Shown here piece after piece: positions 49,117-61,987 of a stretch of DNA of 64,000 bases. The stretch lies in NCBI GenBank assembly GCA_047495785.1, contig JBLDXI010000054.1, positions 2,914,001-2,978,000 on the forward strand, given 5' to 3'. Under the pieces are notes generated by a model. That model saw only the letters and a list, made by a program, of their open reading frames with translations, had not been told where the DNA came from and did no database searches. The translations under genes and the position numbers were made by a program. The first letter of the stretch is position 1. Each line of letters opens with the position of its first letter. Source of the DNA: Lepidodermella squamata (taxonomy: Eukaryota; Animalia; Gastrotricha).

Positions 49117-51193
49117 ATGGCACAGCGTGATGTTTCAATTGAAGTCGACAAAGCGACTCACAATGCTTCAGGGTCTTACAGCCGGTTCCATGAGGTGGAC
49201 GAGAAGGAGCAACGCAAATGGCGAAAGATAATCGTTTTATTCGGAATAATATTCGTTATTGGCTTGATAATCGTCGCAGCTGTCTCAGCTACAACAATTA
49301 TCAAATCCTTACCCGTGAAGAGGACAATTCATTTCCCGGTTTCTGACGAGAAACTGAACTCATTTACCGTAGCCGCTGCAGCTGCAGATGCCGGCGAGTG
49401 TTCTAAAATTGCGAAGGACATCATGCAGAACGAGAACGGAACAGCAGTGGACGGCGCGATTGCCGCTGCGATTTGCACCGGGGCTTTCAATATCTATGCT
49501 GCGGGAATAGGCGGCGGCTTTATGATGACCTTCTGGAACCAAACTGAACAGAAAGGTTACACAGTGAATGCTCGCGAGGTCGCTCCATTAGGCTCATCGC
49601 AAGATATGTTCGATAGAGCATCTTCTGTGATTGGCCCATTGTCCATTGCAGTTCCAGGTGAGATTGCTGGTTACTGGGCTGCCCATCAGCGCTTTGGCAG
49701 GGCTCCCTGGGCGAGTTTGTTCCAGCCCACTATCAATATTTGCCGCAAAACGGGAGTTGTCGTATCGAAAAATGTTGCGAATGCTGTTCGTATCGCCATG
49801 GACCGAATTAAAGATGCAGAAGATCCTAAACCCTACGCAAGTCTCATGTAACTGAATTTGACATGTCCGGTTATTTCTTAATCATTGGCTTATCTATCTA
49901 GGCAATTCCTCTACAATAAAGAGACTGGGACGTTTTACGCCGCAGGTGACACCTTTCGTTGCCATGAATTAGCCAACTTTCTCGAGCGAATTGCCGAATC
50001 TACTGGAGATGATTTTTACACTGGCGCTCTGGCTCAAGATGTGTTAGCCGATCTTGCCGAGTTTGGCGCGCTCGTCAACGCAACTGATCTCGCAAATTAT
50101 CAGCCTGTTATAAGCGACCAGCCGTTAGATGTCGAAGTTGAAGCTGGCATCTATCGAATGATCTCCACCCGGCCTCCAGGGAGTGGCGCAATCTTAGGCT
50201 TAATCCTCAACATCATGACTGTGAGACGCCCTCTTTTTCAAGAAGTCGGATTAATGTTTCAATATTTCTTTTTTCCAGACTTACCAGCTTGATTTTGAAG
50301 CGAGTCAGAACACTTTGACTTACCATCGCTTTGTCGAGACCCTCAAATTCGCCTACGGCCAACGAATGCTGCTTGGCGATGAAGCTTTTAATCCAGAGGT
50401 AGTTGATCTTGTCAACTCACTGATCACGGTTGAAACGGCTGATGAATTCCGAGCCAAAATCAATGATTCAATGACTCAGCCGACAGCTTTTTACCTGCCG
50501 AATATGGTGGACCGGGTTGCGGACCACGGAACTTCTCACATTTCTGTTATGGATTCAGAGGGAAATGCTGCCTCCTTAACTAGCACAATCAACAATGAGT
50601 AGGTTTCAATTCGCACTTCGCCCTGGATAACTATTTTTTTATTCGTGTTTTCCTTTCCAAGGTTTGGAAGTGGCATTATGGGATCGAGGACTGGCGTAAT
50701 TTTCAACGATCAGATGGATGATTTCTCGAAACCAAATCAGCCTAATGAATACAACCTGCCCCCAAGCCCTAGGAATTACATAGAGCCTGGAAAGAGACCG
50801 CAGTCCTCAACTTGCCCAGCTGTGGTCCTCGTTCCTCTCGACCTTGAGAAGGGTACGTGGAAGGTCGGCCTAGTCATCGGGGCATCCGGTGGTTCTAGAA
50901 TCACCTCTGGAACGGCCTACGCTGCCATGAGAAACCTTTGGTTCTCAGAGGACATGAAAATGTCCATTGACGCCCTGCGTTTGCATCATCAACTGATCCC
51001 AGAGGTGCTTCGCTACGAAAACGACATGCCGCCTAAGATTTTGAATGATTTACGCGCAAAGGGTCATATCAATCAAACTGTTTATGATGGAACCATTTCA
51101 GCCGTCCAAGCTATTTCCATTTCTCCGGCAGACGGTTCTAAACTGCCATTCTCGGATCCTAGGAAGCAGTACGCATATCCTGATGGTTATTGA
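49117..51193 (+). CDS. GGT1: Gamma-glutamyltransferase / glutathione hydrolase proenzyme; introns 49848-49901, 50221-50278, 50599-50661
   Basis: Type II TM anchor, GIGGGF, AREVAP, IAVPGE, catalytic HGTSHISV, NDQMDDFS, PGKRPQSS, GASGGSRI, RLHHQL, SDPRK. Confidence 0.93.
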
Positions 51194-51446
51194 ATTCGAT
51201 GAACTCGATTAGGCCTTTGATTTGATGAATAATGCGAAATAAAATGGGCAGTTTTGAGAAAATGTTTCTACAGTCTTCTGTCTACTTCTACGGAAGACGT
51301 GATTAATTAGTACCTCGTGACCTTTGCAATAGTAATATTTCAGGGGCAACAACAGCCGATAATACCCCTAATTACCTGAATCTTCGAGAGTATAATTTTA
51401 TTTGCTGTTGCGAAAGCGCTAAAACTAAGGTACTTCTCAACAGGAA

Positions 51447-54209
51447 ATGCAATTCGTTATCATGCTTAAGGCAAGCGTGTTGCTAAGTTTTTTCATGCAT
51501 GTCTGCGCTCTCATAGATGAAGCCTTGATTCCACTTGCACAAACATCAGCATTTCAAAGGCAAGCTTCCATAAACAACAGTTCGATGCCTAAATACGTTG
51601 CTTCGCTCCTTTCCTACAAAAACGACCAGCCGACGCGAACCAAATTGATCACCGTGGAAGCATCCATCAGCTACAGCGGGGCTACACCTCTTGGAGCTTT
51701 GTGCACTAAAGCCATGGAATTGGCCCTAGATCGATTGCGATCTGATTCTAGCTGGATGTCTCAATATGACCTCGCATTCGAGCTACTCGACGATAAGGTG
51801 AAGAACAAGTAAATTACTCTCTTTAGTTTAATTACTCTTTTGCGCCCATAGTGTGACGATGCTGTTGCTATTGGGAAAATGATTCCAGCTTTGAGAGGGA
51901 TTACTGATAAAAAATCTTTCAAAATACCACTGAGCATCGGCTTGGGATGTGCTGCTAAGGCTCAAACTGTTATCGGCGAATCATTGAAATACTTTAACTT
52001 TCAACATGTAAGGTGACTTGATCTGATGTAACCGGTTGTCTATATTTTTCTAATTACAGATCGACGCTATCCAGCTCGATCCGGAGCTATTTCTCGATCG
52101 GTTACGCTTCAGTTCATTTCACGCATTGAGTGATCGAGGTGACAGCACATGGATAGCTCTGATCGAGTTCATCAAAGTCATGAAGTGGCGGAAAATTGCC
52201 ATTTTGTCCGATAAATTTACCTTTTACGACGCGGTAAGATTCATCAGACTCTTACGTTATATCGCAAAACGTCATTTTTGACCTAGGTCGAACGGGTGCT
52301 GATCGACATGCTCCGCAGCAACAATATATCAGTGGTATGGCTGGGTAAAGTTTCGCATGACTCAGTTGATGGGGACGAAATGAGCACGTCATTGTCCGAG
52401 ATGATCGTTAACGACCCGAGAATTATTCTAGTACATTCGAACCTCGCCACCGGGAGAGCGTGTTGGCTGCATAGATACGGCCTTCACGGACCGTACTACG
52501 TCGTCTTTTTCTTCTACTGGACAAACATTTACCCTAATCCCGAGGTTCCTAGCAATATGAAAGATTGGTGCTCAACTAATATGATATCAGAGGTAGGAAC
52601 AAGACGTTGCTTATTCGATGTTAAAATTTCAGATTCGATAAAAGGTTCTTGAAAGCGCGATTCTTCTCGGTCCTGCATCATTATCGGACACTTCCGGGTC
52701 AAACTTCACGGGCCTTTCCGGGCATGGTTTCGACTTTTTGATACGGAGGGCTGTAATCAACGCATCTGACTACCCTCTGTGGAGTTATTGGCGCAAGCAA
52801 TGCTACGACATAGCGCTTTTCACTGGGTACCTTCTCAATACAACAGAGAACCTCCTTAAAAAAGGTTACAATAATTGCCCTATAATTTTACTCATTAAGA
52901 ATTAAGATTGGTACTCTTTTTGTAACATATCAGGACATGAAACCTTAGGTGACTGGATGGTGACGTCTGATAATTTCAAGAACAATGGCGGGCATTTTTC
53001 ACATTTTATCCATCAAGCCATCTCCGCTACCAAGTTGCGTGGTCAAAAAAGCGTCTACGACTTTGATGATAGGGGCATCTCAGAAGGATTTACCCCGATT
53101 ACGTTCTCACAATACCATTCGATTGATGGACAAGCCGTTGCGGAGACTATCGCAGTCTTCACTCCAAACTCTCAACCACTGCTACAGATACTCTATGACA
53201 AGTTCCGATGGCACACACATGACGGGCTCCCGCCAGATGACGAAGTCTTCATTGTCGATAAGTCAGTTCCTCCAATGTCACAGTATGGTGTCGGCATTCT
53301 CATCACAATTTCTGCAGCAATCCAAGCTACCACTTTATCGATCTTGATCCCACGAATTCGGAACTTATTTTCTTCTAGGATAAAGTTCAACATCAATAAG
53401 GACATCAAAATTAGAAAAGACGAAATCTTAATGATGATGGGTAACATGATAATGCTTAGCATGGTTTATGCACTACCGCTGGATGAAACCCAACTTATCA
53501 ACCAAAGATGCAATGCGATTGCTGTGACTTTCTTGCTGGGCTATTCCATTTCAATCTTCTCCTATTGCATGAAGATAGAGCTTCAGTACCAAGCCAAGAA
53601 TGGAGTGTTGATTCAGAAACGAATTACACTCAAAACACATTACTTTAGCAATGATTTGGATCGCTGTACCGAGTACGCTTCGAAGCCAGCTTTGACTTCT
53701 ATTGGTCTAATGGCTTTTTCGCAAGGTGTTTTGCTCATTCGTGGAATCGCATGCGGTCACTACATACGGGCTTCCGAGAAGCGGAGGAGGGCAACACTTC
53801 AAGTGAGGATTTTATTATGCTATAATTATTACATTTTAAATGAAATTCAAATTTTCAGCGAATTAACATTAGGGGTAAAATTCGAGAATTCAAGGAAATT
53901 GCGAATGACATGAAATTCACCTGCTTTGGTATCGACTACATCGCGGTTGTGCTGATAGGTGGATTCGGTTTGGCAGCTTTGTTTTACGAAAGTTCTTCGA
54001 TCATTCTGGCATGTACTACCTTTCTTCTAACAATTCTGACTACTTCATTCTCTATCATTAGCAAGGTTTGTTGTCCAGACAATATGGTTTCTCTTCATCA
54101 ATTTTGAATGTCTTTTTTCGAACAGTTCCACCGCAAAAAGCAACCTGATCTCAAACCTGGGGCAAAACTTGGTCTCATTCATATGAAAAGCCCGAATGTG
54201 AAGGTCTGA
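51447..54209 (+). CDS. Divergent class C (GABA-B-like) GPCR copy 1, about 8 exons, lacking the TM4 segment
   Basis: Venus-flytrap motifs (AMELALDRL, YDLAFELLDDKCD, MKWRKIAIL, DPRIILV, ACWLHRYGLHGPYYV), W...PPDD stalk, TM helices. Colinear with copy 2. Confidence 0.78.
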
Positions 54210-54673
54210 CCAGGAAATTAAAGTTATTCTTGAAGCTTAGTGCCGCGAATTTCATGCGAAAATGGCGAACGATAAGAGTTTTTTATTATGGTGGAAAAGA
54301 AATAATAAATTCTCAATTTCCAAATAAAACTCGAAAATTTTGCTTTCAATCAGTCCTAAGGTTGCGAAGCCTTGACTTTTAAATGAAATCGGTCTACTAA
54401 ACAAGTATAGGGCTTGCAATTTAGCCTACAACGTGTTAACTGGTCACGTGATCAAATGAGATCAAGCTAATATTTGCCGCACCTACAACGAACTTGAAGG
54501 CCTGGCGTTTCGATTGTCCATAATGCGGACTTTTCGTGCTGTTCTTAATATTTTCCCAATTATCGGCTAATTGAATTCGCAGTTCACAGTCGTTGCGCGG
54601 ATGAGTTGTAATTTGCATGACACTTCATGGCGATATTCTTAGTTTTCAATAGCTAGGTATTCAGTTTACAAAA

Positions 54674-57522
54674 ATGTTATACTCATTCCTGGTAATGTCC
54701 ATAGCCATCAATCCGCTGGCGGCTTGGTACCATCAATGCGAAATGAATAATTCTAAACTGGAAAGTATGCGAGGCGCGGTACCCTTCAGCGATACTACAG
54801 CTGCAAAGGGAAAAGTTGCCATCAATCACTCAATGCCGAGCTTTGTCTCGTCCACACAGCTGTTCATGGGCAGTCGTAATCCTCAGAGTAACATCTGCAT
54901 TAATACCCGCAATAAAGTCGTGGTCGTCGATGCTCTGATCAGCTACAGCGGGGAAATGCCAGTCGGCCCGTTGTGCACGAAAGCGATGGAGCTTGCAATA
55001 GATCGCCTTCGGTTGAACTCTGACTGGCTCCCGAACTATGAACTAGTTTACGAGCTGCTTGATGATAAGGTTTGAAAATTCATGGAATAACTCGATTTTT
55101 TGCTATAATATCAGTTATAGTGCCAAGATGCAACTGCGATCAAAAGCATTGTTCCGAAATTGAGAGGGGACCACAATAGCGATGGGGCTTTGCGACTGCC
55201 CCTTTCAGTTGGCTTAGGTTGCGCTGCGAAGGCTCAGACAACCCTTGGCGAGGTGATGAAGCACTTCAACTACATTCACATCGATACCATTCAGTTGTCA
55301 CCGGAGTTGTATAACAACAGGAATCGATTCAGCTCACATTTCGGCCTGGGTGATCAAGGCGACTTTACTTGGATTGCCTTGATTGAATTCCTGAAAGTCA
55401 TGAATTGGCGGAAAATTGCCATTTTATCAGACAAATTTGCCTACTATGATGCCGTAAGAAACAGAACACTTTTCACTCCTCCTCCTAATACTGTTTTTAT
55501 ACCCAGATTGAGAGACCATTGCTCCAACGTCTTCAAAACAACAGCATTGCCCTTCTTTGGATGGGGAAAGTTTCACATGAGGTAGTCGATGACGAAGAAA
55601 TGATGCGGACATTGACCGAGATGAAGCACCACTATCCACGCATCATTCTCGTGCATTCCGACCTCGCAGCCGGACGAGCTTGCTGGTTTCACAAGTTCGG
55701 AATGTACGGCCCTTACTACGTAACTTTCTTCTTTTATTGGGCAAACATTTACCCCATACCGAAAGTACCGGAAAACCTGAAAGACTGGTGCACCCTGAAG
55801 ATGATACACGAGGTGTTAGATAGCTCGATAGTTTTAGGTGATTCGTCCCTCTCCGAGTCATTCGGAGAAAAGGCTGTCGATTCAACTGGTCTCACAGCAA
55901 TCCAATACCAGTTTCATCTGAAGGAGGTAATCGAAAAACCACATGAGTATCCACTTTGGAAGTATTGGCACACTCCATGCTACGACTTTGCTCTCTTCGC
56001 CGGTTACGTCTTGAACGCCACCGAAGAAATTCTTCAAAAGCGTAAGCTTATTCCTCAACGTAATGCAATTCTATTAATGAATTTCCAAACCGCAGGGAAT
56101 GAAACTCTTAGTGATTGGTCAACCGCATCTGAACTATTTCAAAATAATGGAACGGAAATTTCTGAAATCTTGAAAAGGGCAATATATTCCACAAAAGTTA
56201 CGGGATTCAAGGGTGTTTATGATTTCGAACCTCACACTGCAGTTAATTCGAAGGGATTCACCCCGGCTTCCTTCTCTCAATTCGTTACAATTGGCGAAAA
56301 AGTCGAGCACATCATCGTCGCAGTATTTGTTTCAAATTCTCGCGAACCCCTCCAAATTTACCATGATAGGCTACACTGGCAAACTCATGACGGTCTACCG
56401 CCTGAGGACGAAGTCGTTATTTTGATGGTCGCTCAGCAAGACTTCGTTCCTTATGTCGTTGGGTTGTTAACCTCACTTGGTGTCTTACTTCAATGCGGGT
56501 TGCTGTCGCTACTTTTCGACAAAGTGCGTCTGAAACTGGCTAATTTAGTCAAGGCTGAGTTCGATGATTCAACCCTAAAACTGAACTATGAAGACAAAAC
56601 ATTGATCATTGGTAATATGATCATGTTAACTAGTGTTTACGTCTTGCCATTCACTGCGGAGGCTAAAGATCTTGGCAGACGATGTGCAGCCTACGCTGCA
56701 CTCTTTCTGATCGGATACTCGCTGTCTATCTTCGGATTTTACATCAAAATTGAATCGCAGTACCTTCGGGAGCGTGCGTTGTTGTTTTCAAAGCAACTCG
56801 GAGCATCGATCTTCTTTGGATGCATCACCCTCTGGTTGGGGTTCCAAGTGTCTCTAGGCGTGGCATATCTTGCTGCATTTCCCATCGAAACAGTAGTTAA
56901 GAATACAACACTGGCCGATGCTTCGAACAAACGTCACTATCAAATCCAGTATTTCAAGTACAGATGCCATCTGGAAATGTCGGATCCTGTTGCAGCAGGT
57001 CTGCTGGGGGTTTCGATTGCAAGTCAAGCTATGCTACTCGTTCGAGCTGTAATGAGCAGTTATGACGTGAGATCGACTCAAAGGAGACGAGTATCCGCTG
57101 TTAAGGTTAGTGCTGTGCTTATTTTCAAAGTCGTATAACTATTTATGTTTTTCCAGACCTATCGCCAAAAGCCGAATCAAGTGAATATGCTCGCCAATGA
57201 AGTCAAAATGGCTTGCATAGGCATTGATTACATGGTCCTGGTCATCATAGCTGGTTGCTTCATTGCCGTTTTGATATCGGAATATTTTACAACCATCCTG
57301 TCATGCGTGGCGATACTTCTCGCTATTTTGAGCACAGCTTTTTCGATATTGAGCAAGGTAACGATTTCAGCTTTAATTTACGTGGGAATTCAAGTTATTT
57401 TCTTTCAGTTCCATCGACCTTATAAGCCTTCAAAACTTATTGGCATTCAAAATTTGGCAGTTCGCCCAACTCTCGGCTTACACCACGCCCATGTTGTTAT
57501 TCCAACAGGGCGCCGATTCTAA
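54674..57522 (+). CDS. Divergent class C (GABA-B-like) GPCR copy 2, multi-exon
   Basis: WLPNYEL..ELLDDKCQ, MNWRKIAIL, GMYGPYYV, WQTHDGLPPED; seven hydrophobic segments with TM3 Cys/YxK and ECL2 Cys; no Cys-rich domain. Confidence 0.82.
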
Positions 57523-57668
57523 AACCACAAAAAATGAGCTAGACTTGTAAACAGTGGTGTATAACATTCATTTGAACTTCATTGTCACGTGTGTTGTTGA
57601 GCCACGAACCCCGAAAAAAACTTGCGGCCGAATCCTCTCCAGACGTACACATGTTTACCTGCTCAGGA

Positions 57669-57676
57669 TATATAAA
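57669..57676 (+). promoter_or_regulatory. TATA box
   Basis: TATATAAA about 120 bp upstream of the peptide-precursor ATG. Confidence 0.5.
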
Positions 57677-57788
57677 GCTCGCCGAATATCCACCTTAATA
57701 TCATTTCTTTCTGAAGCATAATTTTGATGTTCACAAGTTTTCCGAATCTGGGGATATCACTATTCCTCACAGTTTTCATGTTGAGAAG

Positions 57789-58394
57789 ATGATAGCGCGT
57801 TTGATTATACTCTATGGTGAGATGTGATTCCTATGCTACGAACCTTTTTACTAAGAGTATGTAACAGGATTGATATCAGCAGCGGTTTATGCCGCCGAAT
57901 CTGAGCAGCCTTCCGGCGACTCTGAGGCCAGTAAGACCAAGGACAAGCGTTTCCTCATGTATGGCTGCGGATTTTATGGCTGCCCTTATGGCTATCCGTA
58001 CGGTTACCCACCTTATGGATTCCCGCCACCGATAATCCTCCGCAAAAAGCGGTCGCCGATCGACGAAGCGATTGAGCAACATTTCTTACAAAAGCGCAAT
58101 GCGGAAAGGTAGTAAACATCTTCAAAGAAGTGTTAACATTATAAAAATGTCTGAATCAGCAGCTCGAGCGAAGAGTTCGTTCATTTTCCGGTTTACGGTC
58201 GAAACCGCCGTGATGCTGAGAATGGAGGCGGCGACAAAGCTAAAGAGAAGCGGCAAATGTATGGGTACCCCGGTTATGGTTATGGGGGATACGGCCAAGG
58301 TTACGGATATGGCGGCTATCCATACTACGGTGGTGGTGGCGGGGGCTACGGCTACCCTTATGGAATGGGCGGGTATGGCATGTACGGCCGCTAA
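57789..58394 (+). CDS. Secreted Gly/Tyr-rich peptide precursor (neuropeptide-like or antimicrobial); introns 57817-57867, 58109-58159
   Basis: Signal peptide MIARLIILYGLISAAVYA; KR/RKKR/RNRR cleavage sites; final peptide QMYGYPGYGYGGYGQG...GMGGYGMYGR-stop. Confidence 0.85.
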
Positions 58395-58566
58395 AACAAA
58401 AAAATACAATTTTTTCATCATTTCGGTCACATTTTTAATATTATTATTATTCTTTAATATTTATTTAATAATGAATAAACTGTAATAAAATCGCGTGCCA
58501 CTGAAAACGTGAATTGAATGAAAGAATCAATTTTTTACTGATTACGAATTTTCACTATTTTTTACG

Positions 58567-60232
58567 ATGCTTGTCAAAATTGAAGATCCGAAGCCAAGTG
58601 AGCAGGAAAAATTTGAGAAGCATCTATTTGCCGTAATCATCATACTGACTTCAATCCCGATTGTTATATTACTGAACGTGGAGGTTTTTTCCAATGATGG
58701 TCTTCTTAAATCGAGCTGTCCGCGGAATGAATCGTCAGATTTTGCGTCGAAATTGCTGAAAATTGTTGAATCACCGCATCGAAGTGTTTACGAACAGTTT
58801 TACAGCTATTCGATATCCCATCTCGGCGAGCAATTGACTATTCGCAGTAAGATAACGGAACTGCTTGACGATCGAAGATTAGCGGATAAGAAGCTTCGTA
58901 TGGCTGTAATTGGGGAATCTCATTCTGTCCCTAGATCTATTCCGGTAAATATTGAAATTTCCGAAATTTCTTTAAAACTTTTCCAATATTTTCAAAGAAA
59001 GGTTTCGGCTATTTCGAGCAAACTTGTAGCTGGTTTAATAAATCTCTATTTGATTTTGGTGTGGAGACAAGTTGTGACAACTGGGCGATCGGAGCAACTA
59101 ATAGGTTTCATTTTTTTATTAATATTTAGTTCTGGAATAATTAATGTTTTGTTTTAGTCGCTATTATACCTTTTGTATGGAAGAGCTGTTCAACAGGCAA
59201 ATTTACGACATCATCTTCCTTCAGTTTTCGCAGAATCCCGACACGCTGGAAAGCCTAAATCGACTTATCAGAATCCTTCGCTACAACAACCCTGGAATTC
59301 ACATTATTCTGATAGACATTACGAATCTCAGATATTTAATAACCGACGCAAAAGGCTGTGATTTGTACACAGAGGGGAATTTTCAATCTAATCGCCAGTT
59401 CGTTGCTGCTAGGGAAAATAATGCAACTTTGCTGCATTTCGCTCATGTTTTCTGCGGCAGAGATGGACACAACATGAGCGCGCTTGAAATGTGGCAACGA
59501 AACCAATTAGTTGGTCAGCTATTTAAAAAATTGTTTTGTCAATTTAGTTTAATTTAATTTCAATTTTCAGAATTTTATCGCGCTATCGGAGATTTTCATG
59601 TTGGAATCGCGATTCACTCGATGTTAAGCGAGTTCATTGTAAATTATTTCAAAGAAGTCTTCCTTCACCTTGCCAACAATACAATATCTGAAACCAGTCG
59701 ATTTCCACTCGAGCTGCCTAGCCAGCCTTGTCCCAAAACTCAGTGCTTCATGTCTCATAGGCTGCGAAATGGCGTCGAGAAACACCTATTGGACAGCGAT
59801 TGGCCAGTGACGAAAACTATTGACTACTTGAAAGGGTACAAGTTGCAGTCAGCAAATAAAGACGAGATCAATTTCACGTTGAATTTTTCCTCGAAAATGG
59901 CGGCGAAAATTGGTATCGAAAACGGGCAATGCTTCCTGCCTCGCATTGGGTTGAGCCACAAACTGCTGGGTGGTAACGTGAATGGAGGCCGGTTCAAAGT
60001 TGAGTACACAATAAAGCTGGCAAATGGGGAGCTGATAGCGGCAAATCAATCGATTACGGCAAGAAAAACACATTTCAAGCCAAGGGCGGTGGAGATTGAT
60101 GAACATTCACGATTCTCGAAAATCTCGTGTCCTAGTGACACGAAAATCGATCAAATATACCTGAAAATAAAAAATGTGACGCCTGGTAACTACATTAGCT
60201 CAATTGATTCGGTAATTGTTCTTTTTCATTGA
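58567..60232 (+). CDS. Type II membrane SGNH-hydrolase-fold protein (putative esterase/O-acyltransferase), about 4 exons
   Basis: N-terminal TM; block I VIGESHS, block II IGATNS, block III DIIFLQFSQN, block V DFH after splicing of introns near 58945, 59104 and 59513. Confidence 0.6.
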
Positions 60233-60284
60233 AATATTATTGTAAATAATAATAAAACATCGAATTCCGAACTAAGTTTATTGT

Positions 60285-61721
60285 TTATTTATCAAACGGT
60301 TTTCTATAGCCAAATAGTTTATAATCGAAATTAAAATGTTTTTGTATGACCTCATCCAACAGGCCTTTCCATTCAGGTTTTATTAGAGACTTGTAATCCC
60401 GCTTGACCCGACTTGCCCGCTCTTTGTCAGGCAATAAAACATCGCGTCGACCTGTTAGCAATCGCAAAATGTAATCTAGGTCACAGTCTGAATTGACGCC
60501 GTCCATTTCGCCAATAAAATCGTAGTCAATGGCGCAAAAGTTGCAAATATGAGTTTGAGGTCGCCAGTGGTGGTCCCAGTCTAGATAATTGCTTTTACTC
60601 GAATTCAAGTATAGTAGAAATTCTTCTAGTCTAACAGGGAAGCCTCGCGATATTTCAGAACTAGTCGCATTCTTGCGAAATCGCTTCACGATGTAACTTG
60701 ACATTTCCTTGAAAATAAACAAAAAATATTCTGATTTCCTTATGAAATTACAGAAAAAATGACCCCGAAGAGAACGCCTTGTTGAGATTTGTTTCTAGGA
60801 ATAGACAACTGTTCCCGCCATCCTGAAACCAGTCGGTCGAAAGGATCTCGAACAAAAGCAACCTTGCGATAGGTGGTCATTACTTCCTTGGCGCGATTTA
60901 TTGGCATCCGCCGCAATGGCGTAAGGTGTTTCGTGTGATTCTGTTCAAGAAATCGGTACATCTTCATTTGCTGGGTTCGATTATAAAAAAATGAGTCGTC
61001 GATTTCTCCGGCGAGGCGAAGAATATTGCTTCTGAAGGCCGTATTTCCAACCTTTGGAGTTCTGGAAAAAATAAAATTGATTTTAATAGGGTTTTAGTTT
61101 TAGCGGAACCAAATATTTAAAATTAATTCGACCAAAAAAGCCTTATCTACACTTTCTGGAATTTCGTGATTCAATAAAAAAATCCAAATAAATTACGTTG
61201 AAATTCTCCGTGATTTCCAATATAAGGCCTAGGCCTCCCCTTTTCAGACCGTCGTAATCTTAATAAAAAATATTGCAAATTGCAAAATGACATTTTATAT
61301 AAGTTTGCGTGCCAAGTTTCGAAATTAAGTTCCGATAAAAGATATTTTGATTGGAATAATTTTTTTAAAATAAATGACCAAAATCAACTCACGCACAGTA
61401 AACGAGCTGCAAATCGTCGTCAACCAGCAGGTCACCCCACCATTGATGTTTAGGTCTCCGGTGAAGTTTATTCCAGTTTAGTTCAAATAGAGGCGCTGAT
61501 GATGAATAAGAGCCATTCAAGGTCAATTTTAGCCGCATACATGCGTTCTTTATGCGGTTAATTCTCGCGTTGACGTTTTTCTGGATCTCAGAATCAGCAG
61601 GACATTTTCTGGAGGCTATTACAACCCAGTCAACGGGGGGATAAATGAATGTAAATAAGGCCAAGCTCAAAAAAGGTATCACTAGCAAGATATGGCGCAT
61701 CAGCCTTGTTTGTAGCAACAT
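60285..61721 (-). CDS. Carbohydrate sulfotransferase (Sulfotransfer_2, CHST8-14 family); introns 61062-61392, 60708-60763
   Basis: N-terminal TM, 5'-PSB YCATPKVGNT, 3'-PB FVRDPFDRLVSGW, DHHWRPQ...C..C.IDYDFIG. Confidence 0.9.
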
Positions 61722-61987
61722 TTTCAATATTTCAAGATGTTATTAGGCTTCATGATAACATAAATAATCACGCATCATTCAATTTATTAGTCGCGTGCTT
61801 TCGACTTTTTTATGTTTTGCTGGAATAAAATCATAAACAAACACGGTAAAAACGAATCCACAGATTATTACAGGGAGCGGAAGAATTTTAACAATTTTCT
61901 AAAATTTTCAAGAATTCTAAAATAATTCTAAATTTTAATCCTCATTAAAATTTTAAAATTTTAAAATTTCGATTTTTTTGTATTTTT

